Origin: an uncultured Trueperaceae bacterium
GTDB taxonomy: Bacteria; Deinococcota; Deinococci; Deinococcales; Trueperaceae
Length of the DNA stretch: 64,000 nucleotides
Assembly (NCBI GenBank): GCA_963815215.1
Contig: CAWFFU010000003.1
Location: forward strand, 192,001-256,000
Direction of reading: 5' to 3'
Shown: positions 25,809 through 36,538 of the stretch, one piece after another
How positions within the stretch are numbered: the first letter of the stretch is position 1
How the letters are laid out: the number at the start of each line of letters is the position of its first letter
Made by a program: the position numbers and the translations under genes
Notes under the pieces: model-generated
Seen by the model: the letters and a program-made list of their open reading frames with translations, nothing else
Databases searched by the model: none
What the model was told of the DNA's origin: nothing

Positions 25809-27614
25809 ATGAGCCCCAGAAGCCGGAAGACAGCCAACGACAGCGGCGCCGCCCAGGCGACCGACGCGAGTGACGCCCAGGACGTCAAGCCCCGCAAGCG
25901 CGGTCGTCCGCGCAAGCAGGAGGCGGCGGCCGAAGCAGCGTCGGGCGCGAGCGACACGGCGACCGAGACCGCCGCGGGTCCGAACGGCGCCCCCGACACG
26001 ACGAGCGGCGAGGCTCCTGCCGGCGAGGTTGCCGCCGTCGAGGCGCCGGCCGCCCCGGCGGCCGATGAGGCCGAGGCGCGGGAGCGTGCCGGTGGCGACG
26101 GGACGCCGCGCGAGCGCGGTGACGGCGCGAAGAAGGGCGGGCGTTCCGGTGGGCGCAAGGGGGCCGGCAACGGCAAGAGCAAGGCGAACCAGGAGACCGG
26201 CGAGCGTGTCGGCACGGACGACGCCGGCGCTGCCCAGACGGACCGGGGTGGCTCCGATGGTTCCAGGGACCGCTCCGGTGACGATAGCGACCAGGAGGAG
26301 CGCGGTCGCGGCGGCCGCGGCGGCCGCAACCGGCGCGGGCGCTCGGGCGGCGGCCGCAAGGGTGGCCTGAACTTCCGCGAGTTGCAGTCCAAGATCGTTC
26401 CTGAGCTGCATCTGCTGGCCAAGGAGGTCGGTCTCGAGGAGTACCGCCAGATGAGCAAGGACGACCTGGCGCTGGCCATCCTCGAACGCTCGGCCGAGAG
26501 CGAGGGGCTCAAGCTGGTCCAGGGCTACCTCGAGATCTCGTCGGACGGCTACGGCTTCCTGCAGGAGTCGCTGTTGCAGCTCAGCTCGCGCAGCGTGATC
26601 GTGTCGGCGGGCCTCATCAAGCAGTTCAAGCTGCGTGCCGGCGACTACATCCTGGGCAAGGCGCGGCGCCCCCGCGACAACGAGCGCTATGGGACCCTGA
26701 TCCGGGTCGAGGCCGTCAACGGGGTCGACCCCTTCCACGCTGCCAAGCGCCCCCGCTTCGACGACCTGATTCCTACGTTCCCGGAGAAGCGGATCACGCT
26801 GGAGACTGCGCAAGACGAGCTCTCAGCCCGCGTCATCGATCTGCTCGCGCCCATCGGCCGGGGACAGCGCGGCCTGATCGTGGCGCCTCCCAAGGCCGGG
26901 AAGACTACCCTGCTCAAGAAGATCGCCAACTCGGTGGTCAGCAACGAGGACGACATCAAGGTCATCGTGCTGCTGGTGGACGAGCGGCCCGAGGAGGTCA
27001 CCGACTTCCGGGAGTCGGTCAGCGGCGTGGAGGTCATCGCCAGTACCTTCGACGAGCCCCCCTCCAACCACATCCGCGTGGCGGAGTTCGTGCATGAGCG
27101 CGCACGCCGCATCGTCGAAGAGGGCGGGCACGTGATGATCCTGCTCGACTCCATCACCCGCCTGGCGCGCGCCAACAACCTCGTGACGCCGGCGACCGGG
27201 CGCACCCTGTCGGGCGGTCTGGATTCCAACGCCTTGCACTGGCCGAAGCGCTTCCTGGGCGCGGCCCGCAACATCCGCGGCGGCGGCAGTCTCAGTATCC
27301 TGGCCACCGCCCTGGTCGAGACGGGATCGCGCATGGACGACGTCATCTTCGAGGAGTTCAAGGGCACCGGTAACATGGAGCTGCACTTGAGCCGCCGGCT
27401 CGAGGAACGGCGCATCTTCCCGGCGATCGACATCCTGAAGTCGGGCACGCGCCGCGAGGATCTTCTGCTGGGCGAGGCGATCCTGGCGAAGATGTGGCTG
27501 CTGCGCAAGGTCATCAGCGACATGGACGCGGCCGAAGCGATGGAGATGTTGCTCTCGAGGCTGTCGCGCACCAAGAGCAATGAGGAGTTCCTTGCCACGC
27601 TCGGACAGGGCTGA
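25809..27614 (+). CDS. rho: Transcription termination factor Rho with a long low-complexity N-terminal extension
   Basis: DGYGFL, PIGRGQRGLIVAPPKAGKT, DERPEEVTD, LDSITRLARA, GSRMDDVIFEEFKGTGNME. Confidence 0.97.
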   Translation: MSPRSRKTANDSGAAQATDASDAQDVKPRKRGRPRKQEAAAEAASGASDTATETAAGPNGAPDTTSGEAPAGEVAAVEAPAAPAADEAEARERAGGDGTPRERGDGAKKGGRSGGRKGAGNGKSKANQETGERVGTDDAGAAQTDRGGSDGSRDRSGDDSDQEERGRGGRGGRNRRGRSGGGRKGGLNFRELQSKIVPELHLLAKEVGLEEYRQMSKDDLALAILERSAESEGLKLVQGYLEISSDGYGFLQESLLQLSSRSVIVSAGLIKQFKLRAGDYILGKARRPRDNERYGTLIRVEAVNGVDPFHAAKRPRFDDLIPTFPEKRITLETAQDELSARVIDLLAPIGRGQRGLIVAPPKAGKTTLLKKIANSVVSNEDDIKVIVLLVDERPEEVTDFRESVSGVEVIASTFDEPPSNHIRVAEFVHERARRIVEEGGHVMILLDSITRLARANNLVTPATGRTLSGGLDSNALHWPKRFLGAARNIRGGGSLSILATALVETGSRMDDVIFEEFKGTGNMELHLSRRLEERRIFPAIDILKSGTRREDLLLGEAILAKMWLLRKVISDMDAAEAMEMLLSRLSRTKSNEEFLATLGQG

Positions 27615-27644
27615 GTGACAGCCTAGAACCATGAGTGCCGTTCC

Positions 27645-28745
27645 ATGGCCCGGCTGAGGCGCGGCGCGGTCACGGTGGTGGCGCTGGTGGTGCTGTTCCT
27701 GGGTGCCGCGGCGCATGCCGAGCAGCGCTACGTGGTCAGGCCCGGCGACACGCTCTTCGCGCTGGCCCAACGATTCGACACCACGGTCGCCGCACTGCGG
27801 GGTGCCAACCGGCTCGGGAGCGACGTGCTCCGGGTCGGCCAGGTGCTGGCGGTGCCGGGTGGGCAGCGTGGCGGGTACCACACGACCATCGTGCGCGCAG
27901 GGGAGACGCTGGCCGACGTGGCGCGTCGCGTCGGGCGGACGCCGGCCACGCTGACCTCGGCGAACCCGGGGCTGGCTTCGGGGGAGTTGGCGCTAGGTGC
28001 CGCCATCTCGGTGCCGCCGGGGGACGGGGTGACCGAAGAGGTCGGCCCGGGCGACACGCTGGCGAGCCTGGCGGCCCGCGTGGGGACGAGCACTGGAGCT
28101 CTGGCGCAGCTGAACGACCTGTCGAGCGATGCTGTCCTGCGGCCCGGCCAGTCCGTACTGGTGCCGCCCGCTGCGACCGGGGCCGAAGCGGCGCCAAGCG
28201 GTGGCATGGGCGGCGCAGGCCCGGCGCCGACCGTGGTCGCGGTCGCGGCGCCGGCCGACCCCGCCACCGTCCGCGAGCGGCTGCGTCGCATGCAGGACGC
28301 CGACCTGCGAGCGGCCGTGGCGCGCCTCACGGCGGTATCGTTCCAAGAGCTCGACTTCCGCGCGCCGGTGCAGGGCAGGGTGTCCTCCCGTTTCGGCTGG
28401 CGGGCGTTGAGCGTGAACGGCAACCACTTCCACGCCGGAGTCGACCTCGCGGTCGCCCTGGGAACGCCGGTGCATGCGGCCCGCGACGGCGTCGTCGTCA
28501 AGGCCGGGTGGGGTGGCACCTACGGCAACGTGGTCTACCTAGACCATGGCGACGGGACGCAGACGCGCTACGCTCACCTCAGCCGTATCGAGGTGCGGGT
28601 GGGACAGCGCCTGCGGCAGGGTGACGTGCTGGGGCTCGCCGGGAGCACCGGGGCGTCGACCGGTCCGCACGTTCACTTCGAGCTGCGCTTCGATGGTCGC
28701 GCCGTCGACCCGCTCGAGTACCTGCGGGGCACGGCCTCTCGCTGA
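27645..28745 (+). CDS. Secreted LysM-repeat M23 peptidase (peptidoglycan hydrolase)
   Basis: Signal peptide, three LysM-like repeats (GDTL..LA), HAGVD, YAHL, STGPHVHFE. Confidence 0.92.
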   Translation: MARLRRGAVTVVALVVLFLGAAAHAEQRYVVRPGDTLFALAQRFDTTVAALRGANRLGSDVLRVGQVLAVPGGQRGGYHTTIVRAGETLADVARRVGRTPATLTSANPGLASGELALGAAISVPPGDGVTEEVGPGDTLASLAARVGTSTGALAQLNDLSSDAVLRPGQSVLVPPAATGAEAAPSGGMGGAGPAPTVVAVAAPADPATVRERLRRMQDADLRAAVARLTAVSFQELDFRAPVQGRVSSRFGWRALSVNGNHFHAGVDLAVALGTPVHAARDGVVVKAGWGGTYGNVVYLDHGDGTQTRYAHLSRIEVRVGQRLRQGDVLGLAGSTGASTGPHVHFELRFDGRAVDPLEYLRGTASR

Positions 28746-28793
28746 GATCACACGGAACGGACACAGACGAGGCCATCCCCGGGAGCGTAGCGT

Positions 28794-29279
28794 GTGGCCG
28801 TGGCCAGGGTATTGCTGGTGGAGCCGAACGATCACCTGAGGCGGGTGTTCCGGCGTCGCTTCGTCCGCGAGGGTTTCGATCTGGTGGAGGCCGTCGACGC
28901 TGAGGCGGCGCTGGGTGAGGCCCGCAGCGGGCTCCCCGACGTGATCGTACTCGAGGGCTCGGTGCGGGATGCCGGCGGCCTGGACCTGTCGTTGCGATTG
29001 GCCCGCGATCCCGACCTCAGGTGGGTGCCGCTCATCGTGCTCGAGGGGCGCGGGCGCTGGGACGTGACGCCCGAGCCGCGCGTGGAAGACGAGGTCGTTG
29101 TGGAAGGCGTGCCGATCGCCGAAGCGTCACTCGCGGTACTCCCGGTGCCGTCCGAGGCCGCCGGAGATGCGTTGTTGCCCCATCCGCATGAGTTGCGTCA
29201 TCCCTTCCGGCCGGGTCGTCTGGTCGAGCTCGCCAGGGGCGCGATCGCGTCCGGTGCGGGCGCTGCGTCCGATCCCTGA
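28794..29279 (+). CDS. Degenerate single-domain response regulator (pseudo-receiver)
   Basis: RVLLVE, PDVIVLE and P.IVL fold signature; canonical Asp and Lys replaced. Confidence 0.6.
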   Translation: MAVARVLLVEPNDHLRRVFRRRFVREGFDLVEAVDAEAALGEARSGLPDVIVLEGSVRDAGGLDLSLRLARDPDLRWVPLIVLEGRGRWDVTPEPRVEDEVVVEGVPIAEASLAVLPVPSEAAGDALLPHPHELRHPFRPGRLVELARGAIASGAGAASDP

Positions 29280-29332
29280 GGCCTGAGGACACTCCAACGA
29301 CACGCTAGAAGCGCCGTTCGCATGGGGCTTCG

Positions 29333-29400
29333 TTGACGGTGATGGGGTGCCGCAGCTATACTCGCCTCAGAAGTTCTTCGGAATCATTCCGAGGATTCGG
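29333..29400 (+). promoter_or_regulatory. Promoter and candidate operator of the Rrf2-desulfurase operon
   Basis: TTGACG (29333)-18-TATACT (29357); palindrome TCGGAAT-c-ATTCCGA at 29378-29392. Confidence 0.65.
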
Positions 29401-29417
29401 CAAGGGGATGACGAACC

Positions 29418-29873
29418 ATGTGGATCTCGACGAAGGCCCAATACGGCATGCGAGCCCTGGTCGAGGTGGCGCTCGGCGGTGACGAGCCGACCAGTCTGAA
29501 GACCGTCGCTGATCGTCAGAGCCTGAGCCACCAGTACCTCGAACAGATCTTCGCCGTGCTGCGTCGCGCCGGGATCGTCGAATCGGTACGGGGGGCACGC
29601 GGCGGCTACCGCGTGGCCCGTTCCCTGGAAGCCGTGCCTGCGCTGGAGGTCGTCGAGTTGCTCGAGGGCAGCGTGGCGCCCGTGACCTGCATCGACGACG
29701 AAGGCACCTGCGAGCGGGTGGGTCACTGCTCGACGGAGATCCTGTGGCGCCGCGTGGACGCCGCCGTGCGCGAGGTTCTGGGCTCGACCTCGCTGGCCGA
29801 TCTGGTCGCGCAACGTCAGATCCTCGGTCTGGTGCGCTTCGGCGAAGCCGGAAGCGTCGGGCAGGCCAGCTGA
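29418..29873 (+). CDS. Rrf2 family transcriptional regulator (IscR-like, three Cys)
   Basis: YGMRAL, YLEQIF..LRRAG.V.SVRGARGGY, C-x6-C-x5-C. Confidence 0.92.
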   Translation: MWISTKAQYGMRALVEVALGGDEPTSLKTVADRQSLSHQYLEQIFAVLRRAGIVESVRGARGGYRVARSLEAVPALEVVELLEGSVAPVTCIDDEGTCERVGHCSTEILWRRVDAAVREVLGSTSLADLVAQRQILGLVRFGEAGSVGQAS

Positions 29874-29899
29874 GCCGCCGCCCCGACACCCGGCGCGAC

Positions 29900-31039
29900 G
29901 TGTCCCTCTATCTCGATTTCGCTGCCACCACGCCGCTCGATCCGGCGGTGCTGGAGGCGATGATGCCGTCGCTGACCGAGGCCTACGGCAACGCCGCCAG
30001 CGTGCATCGCACGGGCCAGCGCGCGCGCCGGCTCGTCGAGCAGGCGAGGGAGCAGGTGGCCGCGGCCCTGGGGGCGCGGCCGCGGCAGATCCACTTCACG
30101 TCGGGAGCCACGGAGGCCGACAACCAGGTTCTTCGCGGCGTGCTTGGTGGTGGCGACGGCGGTCTCGTGACCAGCCCGCTCGAGCACGCCGCGGTGCTGT
30201 CCACGGCGCGGGTCCTCGGCGAGACCGGCACGCCCGTGAGCTACCTGCGCCCGAACGAGCACGGCGGTCTGGAGGCCGGCGAGCTGGAGCGGGTGCTCGC
30301 CGGCCGTCCCGGAACGCGCCTGGTGGCGCTGATGGCCGTGAACAACGAAACCGGCGTGCTCACCGACGTTGCCGCCATGGCCGAGGTGGCGCACCGCCAC
30401 GGCGCGCTGCTGTTCTGCGACGCCGTGCAGGGGTTCGGACTCGAACCGCTGGATGTCGGCGGGCTGGGGGTCGACCTGCTGGCGTTGTCGGGGCACAAGG
30501 TCTTCGGGCCCAAGGGGGCCGGCGCGCTCTACGTCGCCGACGGCGTGGAGCTGCGGCCGCTGCTGTTCGGCGGGGAGCAGGAGCGAGGCCTGCGGCCGGG
30601 CACGCACGCCACGCCCGCCATCGTGGGGCTTGGCGCGGCGGCGGAGCGTGCCGCGGCGGAGCACGGGCAACGCCGGGAGGCCGTGCGAATGGCTCGCGAC
30701 GCCTTCGAGGTGGTGGCCGCGGCGCTGCCCGGCGTGCGGGTGAACGGCGCTGGCGCGCCACGCGGAGTCAAGCACAGCAACCTGCGGGTCGACGGCGTCG
30801 ACGGCGAATCGTTGCTGCTGGCGCTCGACGATCTCGGCGTGGAGGCGAGCGCCGGCAGCGCCTGCTCGGCGGGGAGCGTGGAGCCGAGCCACGTGCTGCT
30901 GGCCATGGGATTGAGCGCGGAGCAGGCGAAGGCCAGCGTGCGCTTCAGCTTCGCGCACACCGTGAGCGTGGCCGACGCGCTCGACGCGGCCGCCCGCTTC
31001 GAGCGGGCGGTGGAACGGTGCAGGATGTCGGTGGTGTGA
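29900..31039 (+). CDS. iscS: Cysteine desulfurase (IscS/NifS group)
   Basis: YLDFAATTP, FTSGATEA, NNETG, DAVQ, SGHK (PLP lysine), SAGSACS. Confidence 0.9.
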   Translation: MSLYLDFAATTPLDPAVLEAMMPSLTEAYGNAASVHRTGQRARRLVEQAREQVAAALGARPRQIHFTSGATEADNQVLRGVLGGGDGGLVTSPLEHAAVLSTARVLGETGTPVSYLRPNEHGGLEAGELERVLAGRPGTRLVALMAVNNETGVLTDVAAMAEVAHRHGALLFCDAVQGFGLEPLDVGGLGVDLLALSGHKVFGPKGAGALYVADGVELRPLLFGGEQERGLRPGTHATPAIVGLGAAAERAAAEHGQRREAVRMARDAFEVVAAALPGVRVNGAGAPRGVKHSNLRVDGVDGESLLLALDDLGVEASAGSACSAGSVEPSHVLLAMGLSAEQAKASVRFSFAHTVSVADALDAAARFERAVERCRMSVV

Positions 31040-31048
31040 GCCGCGGGT

Positions 31049-32254
<1,206 letters not shown>

Positions 32255-32256
32255 GT

Positions 32257-32874
32257 TCAGTCCGCCTTGTCCGAGCCGAAGCGACCGAGGTGGCGCGGCT
32301 CCACGACCCGATCGATCAGGCCGTACGTCACCGCCTCGTCGGGCGCCATGAACTTGTCGCGCTCCATGTCCTGGCGGAGCCTCTCGCGCGCGTGTCCGGT
32401 GTGCTGCTGGTAGATGGACTCGAGCGTGTCGCGGATGTCCATGAACTCGCGGGCCTGGACCTCGAGGTCGGGCAGACTCGAGCGCGGGAAGCCCGCCGAA
32501 CCGGCGTGGATCATGATGCGGCTGTGCGGCAGCGCCACCCGGTGGTCGCGTTCTCCCGCCATCAAGATGACCGAGCCCATCGACATCGCGATCCCGACGC
32601 AGTTGGTATGCACCGGCGCCGAGATGTACTGCATCACGTCGTAGATGGCCAGGCCGGCGTATACCTCGCCGCCCGGCGTGTTGATGAACATGTTGATAGG
32701 CTGCTCGCTCGACTGGGAGTCCAGCAATAGGAGCTGCGCCGTGATCACGTTGGCGGTTTCGGAGTCGATGGCGGAGCCCAGGAAGATGATGCGCTCCTTG
32801 AGCAAGCGGCTGTAGACGTCGTACGTCCGCTCACCGCGGCCGGTCTGTTCGATCACGTAGGGGACGAGCGGCAT
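32257..32874 (-). CDS. clpP: ATP-dependent Clp protease proteolytic subunit
   Basis: [34 protein letters not shown]. Confidence 0.96.
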   Translation of the reverse strand: MPLVPYVIEQTGRGERTYDVYSRLLKERIIFLGSAIDSETANVITAQLLLLDSQSSEQPINMFINTPGGEVYAGLAIYDVMQYISAPVHTNCVGIAMSMGSVILMAGERDHRVALPHSRIMIHAGSAGFPRSSLPDLEVQAREFMDIRDTLESIYQQHTGHARERLRQDMERDKFMAPDEAVTYGLIDRVVEPRHLGRFGSDKAD

Positions 32875-32940
32875 ACGACCTTCAGCATAGCATCGCGCAG
32901 TGGCGCTGTCGGGCTCGGGGCGGACCCTTCGGGGACGGGC

Positions 32941-32973
32941 ACCTGGGACGGGTGGCGCCCACCCGTCCCAGGT
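32941..32973. terminator. Strong 15-bp GC hairpin between tig and clpP (no U-tract)
   Basis: ACCTGGGACGGGTGG-cgc-CCACCCGTCCCAGGT. Confidence 0.5.
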
Positions 32974-33076
32974 AGGACCGCGGTCGTCACGAGCCCGGCG
33001 TCACGACCGCCCGGCGCCCGGCCCCCGGGGGGGAGCAGGATGCCGGCGTTTCGACGCCGTAGCTGTGAGTCAGCCG

Positions 33077-34582
33077 CTACGACTCCGTCGTGCGCGGCGT
33101 GTCGGCGCCACCGTCCTCGGCTTCCTCGGGGTCGTGCGCATGGTCGTGCACGTGTCCTTCGTGGTCGTGTCCTTCGTGCACGTGTCCTTCGTGATCATGT
33201 CCGTCGTGTCCTTCGTCCTCGTCGTCCTCGTCGTCGGTCGCGCCCGCCGCCGCCGACTCGTAGGCGGCCTCGGCCGCGTCGGCGTCTTCGATCGCGCCGA
33301 CGCCCGTGAGTTCGCGGACGGTCTCGCGCAGGGCCTTGTCACGCGCCAGCAGGAAGCGATAGTTCGTCAGCCAGCGCTCGCCCATCTCGCGCTTGAAGCG
33401 GCCCGCTTCCTGTTGCCGCCGTCGCGCCATGTAGCGCACGGCGTCCTCGAGCTCGTCGTCGTCGACCTCGGTGCCGCGCATCTCCTGCAGGCGCTCGAGC
33501 ACCAGATCGCGGCGCACGCCTTGCTCGGCCGCCTGCTGGAGCTCGGCTTCGAACGCTTCGCGCCCCTCCCGGGCTTCGAGATCGGCGAGGTAGCGCTCGA
33601 GTGTCGTGCCCTGCTGCTGGAGGTCGTCGGCCAGGTCCTGCAGGAGGCTCCGCTGGCGGCGCTGCAGCAGGCTGGCTGGCACCTCGAATTCGGTGCCGGC
33701 GACGAGCTTGTCCAGCAGCTCCTCGCGTTGCTGGTCGAACGCGTCGCGCGCGAGCTGGCTCTTCAGGCTGGTCTCGATCTGCTCCCGCGCCTCGGCCCAC
33801 GACTCGAACCCGAGCGTCTTGCCGAAGTCGTCATCGACCTCGGGCTTCTCCTTGCCCTTGACGTCCTTGACGATCACGCGCAGGTTGCGCTTGACGGGCT
33901 CGGCGCCCTCCTCCGTGGCCCCCGCGTCATCGATGAGCTCGAGGTCGATGATGTCGCCCATGCTCGTGCCGATGAGCTGCTGGCGGATCGACTCGGATGC
34001 GGACTCCATGTCCACCGGCTGCACCGAGCCGGTGCCGTGCGGCGGCTCGTCACCGTCGGCCTCGGCCGCCGGCGGCAGCGACTCGAGCAGCACGTAGTCG
34101 CTGCCTTCGACCGAGCGCTCCACCGGCACCAGGGTGGCGTTCTGGTTGCGGAGTTGCTCGATGGTGTCGCCCACCATCGCTTCGCTGAGCTCACCGGGCG
34201 CGGCGTCGATGACGATCTCGGAGAGATCGGGCAGGGTCAGCTCGGGGTAGAGCTCAGCGTGCACCTCGAAGGTGAACGGCTCGCCCTCCTTGGGGGCTTC
34301 GGCGTGGAAGTGGGCGTGCACCGGCGTGAGGTCGAGCTCACGCACGGCGTCGGGATAGTTGGCATCGACCAGCGTCTCCTGGACCTCTTCCTCCAGCGTC
34401 TCGCGCCCGATGCGACGCTCCAGCACCCCACGCGGCGCCCGCCCGGGACGGAAGCCCGGCACCTTCATCTGGCGCGACAGCGTGCTCAGTACGCGCTCGA
34501 AAGCGGCGTCCACGTCACCTGCCGGGACCGTGACCTTGAACGTGGCGTTGATCGCCTGCTTCTCGATGAGCTCTGTTTCCAT
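33077..34582 (-). CDS. tig: Trigger factor with an acidic His-rich C-terminal tail
   Basis: Ribosome-binding motif VPGFRPGRAP; FKBP-like centre; tig-clpP-clpX order. Confidence 0.93.
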   Translation of the reverse strand: METELIEKQAINATFKVTVPAGDVDAAFERVLSTLSRQMKVPGFRPGRAPRGVLERRIGRETLEEEVQETLVDANYPDAVRELDLTPVHAHFHAEAPKEGEPFTFEVHAELYPELTLPDLSEIVIDAAPGELSEAMVGDTIEQLRNQNATLVPVERSVEGSDYVLLESLPPAAEADGDEPPHGTGSVQPVDMESASESIRQQLIGTSMGDIIDLELIDDAGATEEGAEPVKRNLRVIVKDVKGKEKPEVDDDFGKTLGFESWAEAREQIETSLKSQLARDAFDQQREELLDKLVAGTEFEVPASLLQRRQRSLLQDLADDLQQQGTTLERYLADLEAREGREAFEAELQQAAEQGVRRDLVLERLQEMRGTEVDDDELEDAVRYMARRRQQEAGRFKREMGERWLTNYRFLLARDKALRETVRELTGVGAIEDADAAEAAYESAAAGATDDEDDEDEGHDGHDHEGHVHEGHDHEGHVHDHAHDPEEAEDGGADTPRTTES

Positions 34583-34714
34583 GGATCTCCTAGCCTTTCC
34601 ACGTCGCGCGGACGCCCGCGTGGGACGGGCTCGGGTCCGGCAAGGCGGCGACGCGCGCTCGCTGCTGAGCGAGCGCCTTCAAAGAGAGCGGCAAGCCCCA
34701 GGGGCTTGCCGTCC

Positions 34715-34798
34715 TGGTGCGAGGAGCGGGACTTGAACCCGCACGGCTAGGCCACTAGATCCTAAATCTAGCGCGTCTACCAATTCCGCCATCCTCGC
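34715..34798 (-). tRNA. tRNA-Leu (TAG)
   Basis: GCGAGGATGGCGGAATTGGTAGACGCG..CTAGA-TT-TAG-GA-TCTAG, long variable arm, GGTTCAAGTCC, CCA encoded. Confidence 0.97.
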
Positions 34799-34917
34799 GC
34801 GAGGCGCCCCGAAGGGCTGCTGGCGCAGCGCGATTTCCATCACGCCACGAAGAGGGGCCGCGTCGCGGCCCCTCCCGGGCGTCGGGACCGGTCCGGGAAG
34901 GACCGCGCCCCGCTGGG

Positions 34918-34995
34918 TGGGGTGGATGATGGGATTTGAACCCACGACCCTCGGAACCACAATCCGATGCTCTAACCGACTGAGCTACATCCACC
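34918..34995 (-). tRNA. tRNA-His (GTG)
   Basis: G-1 present, TCGGA-TT-GTG-GT-TCCGA, C discriminator, CCA encoded. Confidence 0.97.
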
Positions 34996-35128
34996 AAGCT
35001 CGCGTCCATAAGTCTATCAGACCAACCCGGCGCGTGGGAACTCCGGCGACGATGCTGCGAGCTTCCTCCCGTCGTCCGCCCCGGTGCGTTTCCCACGCCC
35101 GGGACCTCGGAGCTCGGAGCCGAGCGCG

Positions 35129-36538
35129 TCAGGCAGGTTTCGAGACGGGCTCAGAGGGGGAAGCGGGGAGCCGGATCTCGAAGCAGGTGCGTCCGGGAGC
35201 CGACTCGACGTGGACGCTCCCCTCGTGGTCCCGCACGATGCGTTGAACGATGTCCAGCCCCAGACCGGTCCCTTCCCCGACCTCCTTGGTGGTGAAGAAG
35301 GGCTCGAAGGCGCGTCGCTGGACCTCGGGCGGCATGCCGGGACCGTTGTCGACGACCTGGACGATCGCTTCGCCGTCGGAGTGGGACGTCGCGACCAGGA
35401 TCACCCCGCCCGGCGGGAGGACGTCGACGGCGTTGTCGATGAGGTTCATCCACACCTGATTGAGCTCGCCGGGGTTCCCCCTCACCCGGGGAAGCAAAGG
35501 ATCGAGATCGGTCTTGACGCCGATCTCCTTGCTGCGCAGCTCGTGCGCCAGCATGGCGAGCGTGGAGCGGATCCCTTCTTGGACGTCGATGGTGCTCTTC
35601 GTCGGAGCCCGGTCCATGTTCGAGTAGGCCTTGACGGAGCCGATCAGCTCGGTGATGCGGCGGGTGGCCTCGGCGACTTCGTCCAGCAGTCTCCGCGCCG
35701 CCAGGTCGGCCTCGAGCCACCGGAGCGCGGGCGGGACCATCGCTTCCGGTAGCGCCCGGATCGCCTCGTCGAGGTTCGGCTCCGTCACGCCGGCGGACAC
35801 GAGCGTCTCCGCGGCGAGCCAGGCGTCGGGGACCGACCGATGCTCGAGCCAGGCGGTGAGGGCGTCCTCCGCCTCGCTTCGTTCCAAGGGATCGAGGCCG
35901 CCACCGGTTGCGGCCGGGTCGATGGCCGCCAGCGTCAACAAGGGTACGAGTCGGTCGGGCTCCACCTGGCGCTCTAGGAGCGAGCGTGCGACGTCGCTGA
36001 GGGTCTGGAGCTGGCGCGCCAGCTCGTCGGCCCGGCGCTGGATGGCGGCGGCGGGGTTGTTGAGCTCGTGGGCGAGTCCGGCGGAGAGCTTGCCGAGACT
36101 CAGGAGCTTCTCGCGCTGATCGTCGCGGCGCGTGTACTCGCGGGAGCGGTCGACCATCACCGCCGCCAGCCGTGCCTGCAGGCCGGGGATGCGCCGCAGC
36201 ATCTCGGGGAACAGGTCCGTCGAGAAGGTGGCCAAGCGCGTAGAGATGGTGGCGCGACCCGTGAACGGCGACTGCGTGAGGCGCGAGTGCGGAAGCATGC
36301 CCGTGACGTTGCCGGCCGTTCGCACGATGACACGGTCGTCGGGCGATCCCTCCTCGCGACGCGCCCGGATCTCGCCCTCGATGATGGCGAACAGGACTGT
36401 GGCCGGGTCGCCTTCGCGGAACACGATCTCGCCGGGTTCGAGGTCCAGGTAGCGGGCATGCTCGGCGAGCCATGCGATCTGATCCGCCTCGAGATCGGCG
36501 AAGACCTCCACGCGGCGAAGCTCGTGCTCAGCCGTCAT
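35129..36538 (-). CDS. Soluble histidine kinase with an N-terminal cNMP-binding-like domain (paralog 2)
   Basis: FREGD cNMP fold; GLAHELNNP, ELNQVWMNLIDNA, DNGPG, FEPFFTTK, GTGLGL; no TM segment. Confidence 0.93.
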   Translation of the reverse strand: MTAEHELRRVEVFADLEADQIAWLAEHARYLDLEPGEIVFREGDPATVLFAIIEGEIRARREEGSPDDRVIVRTAGNVTGMLPHSRLTQSPFTGRATISTRLATFSTDLFPEMLRRIPGLQARLAAVMVDRSREYTRRDDQREKLLSLGKLSAGLAHELNNPAAAIQRRADELARQLQTLSDVARSLLERQVEPDRLVPLLTLAAIDPAATGGGLDPLERSEAEDALTAWLEHRSVPDAWLAAETLVSAGVTEPNLDEAIRALPEAMVPPALRWLEADLAARRLLDEVAEATRRITELIGSVKAYSNMDRAPTKSTIDVQEGIRSTLAMLAHELRSKEIGVKTDLDPLLPRVRGNPGELNQVWMNLIDNAVDVLPPGGVILVATSHSDGEAIVQVVDNGPGMPPEVQRRAFEPFFTTKEVGEGTGLGLDIVQRIVRDHEGSVHVESAPGRTCFEIRLPASPSEPVSKPA

